The notes under the pieces are model-generated. The model was not told the DNA's origin. It searched no databases and saw nothing but the letters and a program-made list of their open reading frames with translations. From assembly GCF_009914755.1 (NCBI RefSeq), contig NC_060946.1: a stretch of 64,000 nucleotides of DNA, one strand, 5' to 3'. Shown here piece after piece: positions 1 to 45,899 of this stretch (position 1 is its first letter; each line of letters starts with the position of its first letter). A program made the position numbers and the translations under genes. Source of the stretch: the human T2T-CHM13v2.0 reference genome, Homo sapiens.

Positions 1-815
1 GGCTCACTGCAGCCTCGACCTCCTAGGCTCAAGAGATCCTCCCACCTCAGCCTCCCATGTAGCTGAGACCACAGGTGTGTGGCACCATGCTGGGCTAATT
101 TTTTTTTATTTTTTGTGAGGCAGGGTCTCACTATGTTGCCCAGACCAGTCAACTCCTATGTTCAAGCAATCCTCCCACTTCGGCCTCCCAAAGTGCTGGG
201 ATTACAGGTGTGGGCCACTGCACCTGGCTTGGACTTATCTATTTCTACTTTTAGGTCTGTCAGTTTTCACTTCACATGTTTTGCAGTGCTGTTTTTTAGT
301 GCATACATATTTAGGATTGCTATGTCTTCTTAGTGGATTGACTCTTTTAGCATCGTATAATGTCCCGCTCTTTCTACGTTAATTTTCTTTGCTCCAAAGT
401 CCACTTTAGTTTATTTTAGTATAGTCACTCTTGCTTTCCTTTGATGAATGCTTGTATGACACAACTTTTTTCATCCTTTTACTTGCAACTTGCCTATATC
501 ATATCTGTAGTGAATTTGTTGCAGATAACATACAACTGGTTTTTTTTAAAATCCACTCTGCCAATTTCTTTTAATTGGCATATTTAGACCATCTGCATTT
601 AATGCAATTGTTGATATGTTAGGGCTGAAGTCTGTCATTTTATTTTTTTCTATTTTTCTAATCAGCTTCCTCAGGTTGAAGTGATTATTTTATTTTTGAG
701 ACAAGGTATCACTCTATCACTTACACTAGAGTATAGTGCCGAAATCGCAGCTCACGGCAGTCTTGACATTGGTGGGCTCAAGTCATCCTCCTGCCTCAGC
801 CTCCCAAGTAGTTAA

Positions 816-1067
<252 letters not shown>

Positions 1068-1310
1068 TAAACATTTTTTACAATTCCATTTTATCTATAG
1101 TGTTTCTCTTCTGAGTGTGTCTCTTTGTATAGCTTTTTAAGTGATGGCTCATATATACATGACTTATGACAGTCTACTAATGTCATCATTTTACCAGTTT
1201 GAGAGAAATATAAAAACCTTACCTCCCTCTGTGTCCCTTCACCATTCCCAGTTTATACGATAATTGTTTGAAATATTTTCTCCATATAGATTTAGGACTA
1301 TATTAGATAA

Positions 1311-1822
<512 letters not shown>

Positions 1823-2015
1823 TCGAATTCCTGACCTCAGGTGATCTGCCTGCCTTGGCCTCCCAAGGTGCTGGGATTACAGGCATGAGCCACTGCGCCC
1901 GACCTAAAGTAAAAATTATAGCATTCCCAGCACTTTGGGAGGCCGAGGTGGGCAGATCATGAGGTCAAGAGATTGAGACCATCTTGGCTAACACAGTGAA
2001 ACCCCATCTCTACTA

Positions 2016-2194
<179 letters not shown>

Positions 2195-2820
2195 TCAACT
2201 GTCATACATAATTTAGAAAACTCAAAAGGATAAGAAAAGCTTATTGCATTTGCCCATATTTTTACTTTCGTGTTTGTTTTTTCTAATTTTCCAAGGTCCT
2301 TGTTTTATTGTTTTCTTTCTTTTTAGAGAACTTCCATTAGCCCTTTCTTGGGGAAGGCCTACTGGTGACAAATTCTCTTAGTTTTCCTTCTGAGAATGTC
2401 TTGATTCCCCCTTGATTCCTGAAGGACATTTTCACTACATATAGCATTCTGAGTTGACAGGTGTTTTTTTGTATTCGCTTTTTGCATGAAAAACATTTTG
2501 CCACTTCTGCTGGCTTCTGTGGTTTGCAGTGAGAAATCTGCCATTCAAATGATTTTTCGTCTTTAGGTAAGGTGTTTTCTCTGGCTGCTGTCAAGATTTC
2601 TTCTCTCTTTAGTTTTCAGAAGTTTAATTGTGATGTGTTGTGGCATGGATTTCTATGGGTGTATTCTGTGTAGTGTTTGCTCAGCTTCTTGAATCTATAG
2701 ATTTTTCTTGCCAAAGTTGGCAAGTATCCAGCCATTATTTTACCCATTACCTTTTCAACCTGGCCCTCTTTATTCTCTCCTCCTGGAACCCTGAGGACAG
2801 AAATAGTAGATCTTTTGTAG

Positions 2821-3042
<222 letters not shown>

Positions 3043-3085
3043 TGAGTAGCTGGGAATACAGGCACGCACCACCACACCTGGCTAA

Positions 3086-3331
<246 letters not shown>

Positions 3332-3334
3332 TGA

Positions 3335-3614
<280 letters not shown>

Positions 3615-3708
3615 TGAACTCCTGACCTCAAGTGATCTGCCCGCTTTGGCCTTCCAAAGTGCTGGGATTACAGGCGCAAGCCACCCTTCCTGGAGGATAC
3701 CTGAACTA

Positions 3709-3996
<288 letters not shown>

Positions 3997-4149
3997 TTAT
4001 TTACTCAACACATAATGAGCACATACAATGTACCAGTTTTTGTTACCAATAAACAAATCAAAATTCCCTTTTCTTGCTGAGGACATACAAAAAACAATAA
4101 TCCTAATACACAAGTAAATGTCAAAATATGTTTGTTTGTTAGGAGATAG

Positions 4150-4251
<102 letters not shown>

Positions 4252-4388
4252 TGAGTAGCTGGGACCACATGCCCAACTTAGAAAAAATATGTTAGAAGGT
4301 ACATGTAAATTGGATGGGGAAGTAGATCATGTAGGACCATTTAAAGGACTTCAGCTTAAATGTCACTCTTCACAGAAGTCTTATTTAA

Positions 4389-4805
<417 letters not shown>

Positions 4806-5708
4806 TGAGATAGGGTCTCGCTCTGTCACCCAGGCTGGTATGCAGTGGCGCCATCTCAGCTCACTGCAACCTCCATGTATGGGCTCAGGTAATCCTCCCC
4901 CCTCAGCCTCCAGAGTAGCTGGGACTAAAGGCATGTGCCACCACGCCTAGCTTACTTTTGTATTTTTTGTAGAGACGTTTCACCATGTTGGCCAGGCTGG
5001 TCTGGAATTCCTGGACTCAAGTGATCCGGCTGCCTTGGCCTCCCAAAGTGCTGGGATTACAGACCTAAGCCACCCCGCCTGGCGGATACGTGAAACTTTT
5101 TTTTTTTTTTTTGAGATAAACTCTCACTTTGTTGCCCAGGCTGGAGGCACGATCTTGGCTCACTGCTACCTCCACCTCCCGGGTTCAATCCATTCTCCTG
5201 CCTCAGCCTCCTGAGTAGCTGGGACTACAGGTACCCGCCACCACGCCCGGCTAATTTTTTTGTATTTTTAGTAGAGACAGGGTTTCACCATGTTGGCCAG
5301 GCTGGTCTCTAACTCCTGACCTTAGGTGATTCTCCCACCTCGGCCTCCCAAAGTGCTGGGATTACAGGCTAGAGCCACCTCGACTGGCCCTGAGACTTCT
5401 TGATGTATTTATTTGTTGACTTGCATATTATTCCCTAACTAGGGGTTTATTTGACTCTGTTATTATGTCTCTTCTGTTTAAAACAGAACCTGGTAAATAT
5501 CAATACTTTTATTGAATGATTGATAAATATGTCTTCAAGACCTTAATTTACAATGGGTTTCTAGTATTCCTGTCAGGGCCTGTAGGCACACAACAAATTA
5601 ACAACAGAAATTTTAACAAAGTCATTAAAACTTGGGCTAAGAAAAACTTTGTAGGGTTCTTGTAGCCCTTTAAGGTCTCACACAATTTTTCTTTCCAAGT
5701 CTGGATAA

Positions 5709-6018
<310 letters not shown>

Positions 6019-6498
6019 TAATCCACCTGCCTCGGCCTCCCAAAGTGGCTCCCAGGCGTGAGCCACCGCGCCCAGCCTATTCTTTCTCTTTAGCAATAGA
6101 GTCAGCACGCTCCATTACCCGCCAGTTATCTTTTAAGAGAAAATACAAGGCTTCAAATGCACCTGTACGACATCTAAGAGTGCTCTGGCAGAGTCACACC
6201 TCTGCAAGGTTAGAGATGTCAAAGGGAGTCCTGGTCTAGCCAGAAATGGGAGAGTGACAAAGTACAGGTGCTTGGGTCGGGTGGGATGGCTCACTCCTGT
6301 GATCCCAGCACTTTGGGAGGCCGAAGTGGGAGGATCACTTGGGCCCAGGAGTTCGAGACCAGCCTAGGCAACATAGTGAGACCTTGTCTCTATTTTTTAA
6401 AAAAATTAAAAAAGAAAAAAAAAAAAGCGGCTCTAGCACTTTGGGAGGCCGAGGCAGGCGGATCACCTGAGGTCAGGAGTTCGGGACCAGCCTGGCTA

Positions 6499-6672
<174 letters not shown>

Positions 6673-7340
6673 TTAAAAAAGAATGCCTCACAAAAATTCA
6701 AGAAATACAGCGACTGCAGATGGGTCGGTTTCACTACAGCACAAGCAGCGGAAAAAGGACACAGATCGGGGAGAAATCACCCTACAAAGATGACAACTGA
6801 GGAATGCGGAGTGGGGACTGACACACGTTACGGTGAAACCGTGCACCACGACCAAAGGCGGTCCTAGGACTGCGACTATGTGGGCGCAGAGGCCACCCCC
6901 CAGGCTTGGCGGGCGAGTAAAGGCAGGGCTGGGGGCCTGCTCAGTGTGGCCTTAGGGAGGAACTTCGGGGGTCTCCTCTCTCCCCATCGAATCCCTGAGC
7001 AGTTCCCGAACAGAAATCGGAGACCAGACGGTGCCTGGGCCCCAGCCCTCCCACGGGGACTGCACCTTGGGCCTGGCTCGGAAGCGGGTCAGAGTCTGCG
7101 AAAGACCAGCGAGGACTCTTGGGTTTCGGGGCAGGCCGCGGGCGCCCACCCACGCCAGCACCGGGAGCCGCGCGGCGACTCGGCGAGCCCGGCAGGCAGG
7201 ACAGGACTGCGGCGCAGGTCTGGCTCAGGCGGAGGAAGCAGCCGCCGCCCCAGCTGACGGAGTGCGGCCGGGGGCTTCCCAGAGGAGGCGGCGACGTCGA
7301 GCCCTTTCGAACGTTTCCACCCGGCTAGCTCACGTAGCCT

Positions 7341-7372
7341 CGGCCCCGCCCGGCCCCGCCCGGCCCCGCCCC
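7341..7372. promoter_or_regulatory. Three tandem GC boxes (CGGCCCCGCC x3; Sp/KLF sites)
   Basis: Perfect 10-bp unit repeated three times, ~220-250 bp upstream of the ATG. Confidence 0.75.
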
Positions 7373-7450
7373 ACCCACTCCGGCCACCGCCCCCTCCCCG
7401 GCCTACAGTTCGCGGGTGGGGCGACCTGCGACAGCCCCTTTAAGAGGCGT

Positions 7451-7460
7451 GGTCACGTGC
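7451..7460. promoter_or_regulatory. E-box GGTCACGTGC (USF/TFE/MYC type)
   Basis: GTCACGTG motif in the core promoter; motif match only. Confidence 0.6.
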
Positions 7461-7492
7461 TCCGCCCCCACCTCCGCCTCGCGCGCCAGTAA

Positions 7493-28685
<21,193 letters not shown>

Positions 28686-28860
28686 GAAAAGACTTCTTCC
28701 ATCAAGCTTAATTGTTTTGTTATTCATTTAATGACTTTCCCTGCTGTTACCTAATTACAAATTGGATGGAACTGTGTTTTTTTCTGCTTTGTTTTTTCAG
28801 TTTGCTGTTTCTGTAGCCATATTGTATTCTGTGTCAAATAAAGTCCAGTTGGATTCTGGA
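28686..28860 (+). other. RBX1: RBX1 short U-rich 3' UTR
   Basis: Runs from the stop codon to ~20 nt past AATAAA; the 3' end is estimated. Confidence 0.75.
28837..28842 (+). terminator. Polyadenylation signal AATAAA of RBX1
   Basis: First AATAAA after the stop, with TGTA motifs upstream and GU-rich ctcttgtgtatgtg downstream. Confidence 0.85.
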
Positions 28861-29321
28861 ACGGATGCTCTCTCTTGTGTATGTGAACAAAGTGAACATA
28901 AATGAAGAGTCTCCCCTTCCAAGGCTGAAAACTCAGCTTTTGAAAGTGAAATGTTTGTTCATCGGGGCCAGAGCAGGGTTGTCCTCTGAGCGCATCACTT
29001 AGTGACGAGGAATCCAACAGCTCAAGGCAGAGTGTGGATCACCGGCTCCCGAAAACAGCAGTCAGCCCTTCTTTCTCCTGTGTGACAGCAGTGGGCAGCT
29101 GAAAGAGGGAAGAATGTGGGATTCAGTCATCAAACCCAGTTCTGAGTCCTGGTTCCACAGCTTGGGTACTGATGGCAATCTTGGCCAAGTTGTCTCTCTA
29201 CTCTGAACTTTCCTCCTCTGTACTGTGGGCTTCTGAGGACTAAGTGGCATCATGTGGGCACAGAGAGAAGCTTTGTAAAATGTAAAACCGCTATACAAAT
29301 GTGACCTTTGGTTGTGTATGA

Positions 29322-29661
29322 CAGCAGTCCCCAACCTTTTTGCCACCAGGGATTGGTTTCATGGAAGACGATTTTTCCATGGACCGGGGGTGGGGCGGGG
29401 GTGTGCTTGGGGATGGTTTTGGAACTGTTCCACCTGAGATCATGAGGCAGTAGATGGACCGCGCAACCTAGATCCCTCACATGCACGGTTCGCCAATAGG
29501 GTTGAAGCTCCTATGAGAATCTAACGCTGCCGCTGATGTGACAGGCAGAGCTCAGGCGGTAATGCTCGGTCACCACCCTGCTCACCTCTTGCTGTACAGC
29601 CGGGTTCCTAGCAGGCCATGGACTGGCATCCACTCCGCAGCTCAAGGGTTAGGGAAGCCTG
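29322..29661 (+). mobile_element. Complete MER1B hAT-Charlie DNA transposon
   Basis: Termini cagcagtccccaacc / ggttagggaagcctg, 340 bp, perfect 8-bp TSD GTGTATGA at 29314-29321 and 29662-29669. Confidence 0.9.
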
Positions 29662-29765
29662 GTGTATGACATGTTGCTTTCTCTTCTTAGCTTAGAAAAA
29701 TAAAGATATATATAATCTTGGCTGGCAAAGGGACAATTTAAGAACTCAAGTTAAAAATTGATATT

Positions 29766-35520
<5,755 letters not shown>

Positions 35521-35764
35521 TGTTTTTTGTTTTTTGTTTTTTGTTTTTTTTAACCTTTTGGCTGTCACAAACAATGTCGCAATAAACACAATGTATACAT
35601 ATGTCTCTAGGAGACCCTGCTTTCAGTTCTTTTGGGTATATATCGAGAAGTAGAATTGTTGGGTCATACAGTAAATTCTATGTTTAGCTTTTTTAGTAAT
35701 TGCCAGATTTTTCCACATACTATTTTACATTCCCACCAGCAATGCACTTCAATTTTTCCAAATT

Positions 35765-36481
35765 TGTATTAGTCTACTAAGGCTGTTCTAACAAAATACC
35801 ATAGATTGGGCAGCTTCAACAACAGAAATTTATTTTCTATTCTGTTCTGGAGGCCGGAAGTCCAAGATCAAGGTGCCAGTAAATTCAGTTTCTGATGAGG
35901 GCTCTCTTCCTGGCTTGTAGACGGCTGCCTTCCTGCTGCATCCTGACATGGCCTTTGGAGAGAGAGAGAGCTCTGGGTGATAGCCCAGGGCTCATCTGGT
36001 TGTCCCTGCAGAAGTGTTCGCTGCTTCTCAGCACCCACAGCAGATTTTTGTTGCTGCTCCTCTTTTCTTCTAGTGCCACTGTCTAAATTTAGATTCCCCT
36101 AAAGAAGAGCCTGAGACGAGAACTTGGTAGCTTATTTTGGAGTTGATTCCAGGAAGCACAGCGCGGGAGAGGGAATGAGAGACAGGGGAGTGAGGAAAGC
36201 CACCGAGCAGGTCACCTCTGCAGGCAACTGGGCTCAGTCCCCCACCAGGCCCGCTGTGGGGACATGCAGAGCACAGCACAGCACTGCACGCCCAGGGATG
36301 GGAAGCCCGGACTCTTCTTTCTCTTCTTCTAAGACACCAGTCCTATTGGATTAGCTCCCCAACTTTTACCTCAGTTAAGCTTAATTATCTCCAAAAGACG
36401 TTATCTCCAAATACAGTCATACTAGGAGTTAGGGCTTCAACATATGAATTTGCAGGGAGGGGTACAATTCAGTCCACAGCG
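35765..36481 (-). mobile_element. MLT1A-type MaLR solo LTR, inserted in L1MB and itself interrupted by a 316-bp foreign segment
   Basis: tgtattagtc..aacaacagaaatttatt..tctggaggccggaagtccaagatcaagg...ccaaatacagtca..gttagggcttcaacatatgaattt..acaattcagtcc. Confidence 0.85.
35993..36308 (+). repeat. 316-bp direct duplication, copy A (inserted copy)
   Basis: Aligns ungapped to 38958-39273 with 9 mismatches by manual count. Confidence 0.97.
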
Positions 36482-36594
36482 ACATCCTTGCCAACACTTG
36501 TCATTTTACAAATTTTGATAATAGCCATCCTGGGGAATAAGAACTATTTGTGGTTTTGATGCTGTTGAGCATCTTTTCATGGCTTCTTTCTTAG

Positions 36595-36873
<279 letters not shown>

Positions 36874-36933
36874 TGATTTGCCCACTCGGCCTCTCAAAGT
36901 GCTGGGATTATAGGCGTGAACCACCGTGCCTGA

Positions 36934-37284
<351 letters not shown>

Positions 37285-38147
37285 TGAGTTGTTGGAACTT
37301 TTTATATAATGTGGATATTAAATCGTTACCAGATATATTATTTGCAAAAATTTGCTTCCATTCTGTGGGTTGCCTTTTCACTCTCTTGATAGTATCCCAG
37401 CTGGACGTGGTGGCTTACACTTGTAATCCCAGCACTTTAGGAGGCCAAGACAGGAGGTTCGCTTGAGCCCAGGAGTTTGAGACCAGCCTGAGCAAGGTGG
37501 TGAAACCCCGTCTCTACAGAAAAATTCAAAAATTAGCCAGGCATGGTGCCACACGCCTGTAGACCCAGCTACTCAGGAGGCTGAGGTGGGAGGATAGCTT
37601 GCTTGAGCCTGGGAGGTGAAGGCTGCAGTGAGCCGAGATCACACCACTGCGCTCCAGCCTGGGCAATAGAGGGAAACTCTGTCTCAAACAAACAAACAAA
37701 CAACAACAACAACAAAACCCATAATATCCTTTGATACACAAAAGTTTTTAACTTTGATGAATTGCAATCTATTTGTTTTTTCTTTTGGTGTCACATTTAA
37801 TAAATTGTTGTCAAATCCAACATCATGAATATTTGCCCCTATATTTTCATCTAAGAGTTTTTGTGTTTTAGTTCTTAGATGTAGGTCTTTCATCCTATTT
37901 TTTTTGAGATGTAGTCTCACTCTGTCACCCTAGGCTGGAGTGCAGTGGCACGATCATGGCCACTGCAACCTCCGCCTCCCAGGTTCAAGCGATTCTCCTG
38001 CCTCAGCCTCCTGAATAGCTGGGGCTACAGGCATGTGCCACCATGCCCGGCTAATTATTGTATTTTTAGTAGAGACGGGGTTTTGTCATGTTGGTCAGGA
38101 TGGTCTCGAATTCCTGACCTCCCAAATTACTGGGATTACAGGCATAA

Positions 38148-38768
<621 letters not shown>

Positions 38769-38957
38769 TAGTAGGTGCCTAACAAACAGCAGCTCTCCAT
38801 AGGAGAAGGCTGGTTCAGTCCCTTCAGGTTGAAAGGACCAGAGACTTCTCGGGTTCCCTCAAGCACACTGGTAGCACAGCAGGTTCACAGGAAATCCTCC
38901 CTGTCTGCGCAATCTGGCCTGGGAGACTGGAATGTCGCTCAGTAGGCCGCAGGCCTC

Positions 38958-39273
38958 CATCTGGTTGTCCCTGCAGAAGTGTCCGCTGCTTCTCAGCACC
39001 CACAGCAGATTTTTGTTGCTGCTTCTCTTTTCTTCTAGTGCCACTGTCTAAATTTAGATTCCCCTGAAGAAGAGCCTGAGACGAGAACTTGGTAGCTTAT
39101 TTTGGAGTTGATTCCAGGAAGCACAGCGCGGGAGAGGGAATGAGAGACAGGGGAGTGAGGAAAGACACTGAGCAGGTCACCTCTGCGGACAACTGGGCTC
39201 AGTCCCCCGCCAGGCCCGCTGTGGGGACGTGCAGAGCACAGCACAGCACTGCACGCCCAGGGATGGGAAGCCC
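38958..39273 (+). repeat. 316-bp direct duplication, copy B (probable donor)
   Basis: Continues seamlessly into the rest of an MLT1K/L-like LTR. Confidence 0.97.
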
Positions 39274-39510
39274 AGGTACTGAGCCAGGGCCTGGAGGTTT
39301 TAAATCCGTGGCCCTTCTGGGTTACCCTGCACAAAAGGCTGAGCAAGTGTTCACTGCTCCAGAAAAAAACCCCTCAGGCTGAGAAGCAGAGAGATGGGGG
39401 TACTGAAGTGAAGCTTGTGTGTGCAGGGAACCACCGCCTACACCTGCAGGTGGACTAAGAAGCCCCAAGGGGATACAGCGCAGGGGACCAACAGCTCCTG
39501 CAACCACCAC
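39045..39510. mobile_element. Ancient MLT1K/L-like MaLR LTR
   Basis: tgtctaaatttagattcccctgaagaagagcctgagac..ttattttggagttgattccaggaagcac..gagcaggtcacctctg..caactggg; ends gggata..gcagggg.accaacagc. Confidence 0.7.
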
Positions 39511-39750
39511 GGCCTCTCCGCCGCCTTACTCCTGCGTACTCCTGCATGCTTAAAGCTTCTACTGCCTCAACTTCTACTTTTAGCTGTCATCTCTGTGGAT
39601 CTCTGGGTTTCTGTGTCTCTGCTGCACAAATCTCCACGTAAGCCTTGCGTTTCATCTGTCCACAAGAAACAGGTGATTGGGCAGGACTGTTCACGCTAGC
39701 CCAGCTCACAGGGCACTGACCTCCAGAGATGGCTGCCCTTGCCACAGTCA

Positions 39751-39999
<249 letters not shown>

Positions 40000-40002
40000 T
40001 CA

Positions 40003-40149
<147 letters not shown>

Positions 40150-40461
40150 CTAGTCGGGGCTGTGGAGTGACAGCACCCAGGGTCTCCTGGATGGCTGATC
40201 TGTAGTAAGTACTGTTACCCCCTTTACAAATGAGAGTATGGGGCTCAGAGTGTTGGAGAGACTGTGCCCGGAGGCCGATTTGGACCTGAGTGCAGTCTCC
40301 TGACTCCAAATCTCATGTTCTTTCCACTGAATGACTTTACCTCTTATGCAGGGAACAAACTCTCCAAGTGTTGAGTATCATGAAATCTTCCTATTTGGAG
40401 CCGGGTGCCGTAGCTCACGCCTGTAATCCCAGCTCTTTGGGAGGCTGAGGCGGGCGGATCA

Positions 40462-40677
<216 letters not shown>

Positions 40678-40885
40678 CTAAAAAAAAAAAAAAAGAAGAA
40701 GAAGAAATCTTCCTATTTGGGGTGTGGGTGTGGGAGTCATCTCCCGATAGAAAGGGATCTGCCCAGGGAACCTCAGGCTTTCCAGGGCTCTGGGTTCCTG
40801 GGTGGCAGCACCTGCGTGGATGTTCACTAAAGCCGGAATAAATAAACCTGTAGCTCTCGAGTCAGATGAAATACAACCTTTTCCT

Positions 40886-41283
<398 letters not shown>

Positions 41284-41344
41284 TTAGACTGAAAAGAATT
41301 CTATGTATTCCCTTAAATATTTCTCGGAACTGGCGTGAGCTATT

Positions 41345-42030
41345 GGTACCAGTCAGGTTCCTGGTGGCAAACAGAAGAGACCAACTGGCTAGCTTGTGCA
41401 GGAAGGGGATTTATTGGGAGACCATCAGACAGCTCAGCAAATGGCAGGAAGGGTTGGACAAGGGATTACACACCTGTGATCCCATCTCTTTGGGAGGCCA
41501 AGGTAGGAGGATTGCTTCAGCACAGGTGTTCGAGACCAGCCTGGGAAACATGGTGAAACCCCATCTCTACAAAAAATACAAAGATTAGCCAGGTGTGGTG
41601 GCACATGCCTGTAGTTCCAGCTACTTTGGAGACTGAGGTGGGAGGATCACCTGAGCCCGAGGAGGTCAAGGTTGCAGTAAGCCATGATCACGTCACTGCA
41701 CTCCAGCCTAGGTGACAGAGCAAGATCCTGTCTCAAAAACAAACAAAATGAACAAATGGCAGGAAGGCTAGAGAAGAAACTTAGAAAAAAAAAAGGCCAA
41801 ACCAAGAGGGACAATAAGGCAGCAGAGACCAAACCACAGGAGCTGTCGGCCGACACCGCCACTCCTGTACACTCATCATGGCCTGCAAGCAGGTGGCCCC
41901 TGTGACACTCACTGCCCACCACTGGCCCCTAATCCCACCCTCTATATAGGAGCCTCTCAGATTGACCCAGTCTGTGTCACATGCCCACGCCGGCTGCCCA
42001 GGGTGGGTGGCAGGAGGTGATGCCTGATCG
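41345..42030. mobile_element. Old MLT1-family LTR fragment interrupted by an Alu
   Basis: agtcaggttcctggtggcaaacagaagagaccaactggctagctt..aaggggatttattgg; attgacccagtctgtgtcacatgcccac. Confidence 0.55.
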
Positions 42031-42506
42031 GCTTCTCAACTTGTCACTTCCAAACCTCTGCAGGAACTCAGAGGCTCCGCTCAGTGAAACCCTCTATTCT
42101 CTAGCCACTGGCCCTATTTCTTTTTTTCTTTTCTTTTCTTTTCTTTTCATTTTTTTTTTTTTTTTTTTTTTTTTTTGAGATGGAGTCTTACTCTGTCACC
42201 CAGGCTGGAGTGCAATAGCATGATCTTGGCTCACTGCAACCTCCGCCACCCGGATTCAAGCAATTCTCCTGCCTCAGCTTCCCAAGTGTCTGGGATTACA
42301 AGCAAGCGCCACCACGCCCGGCTAAATTTTGTATTTTTAGTAGAGATGGGATTTCACCATGTTGGCCAAACTGGTCTCCAACTCCTGACCTCAAACGATC
42401 CGCTTGCCTTGGCCTCCCAAAGTGCTGGGATTACAGGTGTGAGCCACCATGTCTGGCCCACTGGCCCTATTTCTTTGTTAATTGCCATTGTCTATTATAG
42501 AGTATG

Positions 42507-42690
42507 ACAGGAGCAGGCTCAAATGTTATGGAGCCTGGAGCTTATGCATTCAGGAGGAGACTCTTTAAAAGGTAATACAAAGTTGCACATAGAAATTGCC
42601 AGAGCCCCTCTCTGGGCCTTGGAAGGGGTTGGTGCAAATGAGAGGCCTGCAGCTTAAGCTTCAGCAACTTCATCGTGAATCCCCCGAGGA
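42507..42690. mobile_element. MER53-like DNA transposon
   Basis: gcctggagcttat..ctctttaa..aatacaaa..gggccttggaagggg..tgcaaatgag..gcttaagcttca. Confidence 0.65.
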
Positions 42691-43056
42691 GAGACAGACC
42701 AGTTCATGAGCCATTTCCTATCCGTGGATGTCATAGATTTGTCAGGTTTTCTGCTGTTACAAAAATGCTGCAAAGAACATTCTAATATGCAACTCTTTTG
42801 TGAACATGTGTAAGTATTTCTCCAGGTTAGACAGAAAGAGCTGGAATTGCCAAGCTGTAGAACATGAGTCTTTTCATTTTTATCTGATGGTGTCCTGCCA
42901 AATTGCCTCCAAAGGGGTGTCACTAAATCCCACTCCCATCAGAGTTGCAGTGAGAGTTTTCTCACATCTTTGCCAGCACTGGATATAATAATATTTTTCA
43001 TTTTTTTGCCAACGGACGGAAAAAATGAAAGCGATCTCAACGTTGTTTTAATTTGC

Positions 43057-44469
<1,413 letters not shown>

Positions 44470-44560
44470 TTTACATTCCTCTAATTTCCAGGGACACTGA
44501 ACATCTTTTCCTAGGTTTACTGGGAATTTGGACCCTTCTTCAAATCACCCTTTCATATGA

Positions 44561-45055
<495 letters not shown>

Positions 45056-45192
45056 TCACTCTGTCACCCAGGCTGGAGTGCACTGGCTCTATCTCAGCTC
45101 ACTGCAACCTCCACCTCCTGGTTCATGTGATCCTCCCACCTCAGTCTCCCAAGTAGCTGGGACTACAGGCGTGCACCACCACACTCGGCTAA

Positions 45193-45426
<234 letters not shown>

Positions 45427-45899
45427 TGACCTTTCTTCTTCCCTAAGCTCAAATTCAGGTAGAGCTCCCCACTCCTACCGGCGTTTAGCCCAGTGAGCAG
45501 TAATGTGCACCCAGCCCCTGAACTCCAAAACACACGCAGCCCATGAGTGAGAGGGAAGGTGGGTGCCCCAAGCCTGCTCCATTCCACTTTTCAGAGACAA
45601 CAGAGACTCAGGTCATGGAAGACAGAAAGATGTCCCGCCCTTCAGGGTAAGAACTTGTCTTTTATTGTGCTGAAAGACGCATACTCTCTTCCTGCGCTGC
45701 CCAAGACCTGGTGCCAACCAAGAAACAAAATATTACTTGACGTGCTCTTGGCTGCTGCTCCTCCTTGACTACCTGCCTAATACCGAGGATGAATTGCCTT
45801 GGGGAGAATTAGAATTGCTAAAGCAGGAATCATAAATTCAGCTTTTGACTTTTCAGAACGGGCTCTTGAGGCCCGAATAAAATAAAATAGGCTTCTTTA

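Noticed and set aside
5630-5680. U7-snRNA-like or histone-type stem-loop
   Set aside because: Only a weak aggg/ccct stem; no Sm site or match to the consensus.
39010-39280. Strong acceptor ttctcttttcttctag (also in copy A) as a downstream RBX1 exon
   Set aside because: It lies ~10 kb beyond the poly(A) signal with no supporting ORF, and such tracts arise often by chance.
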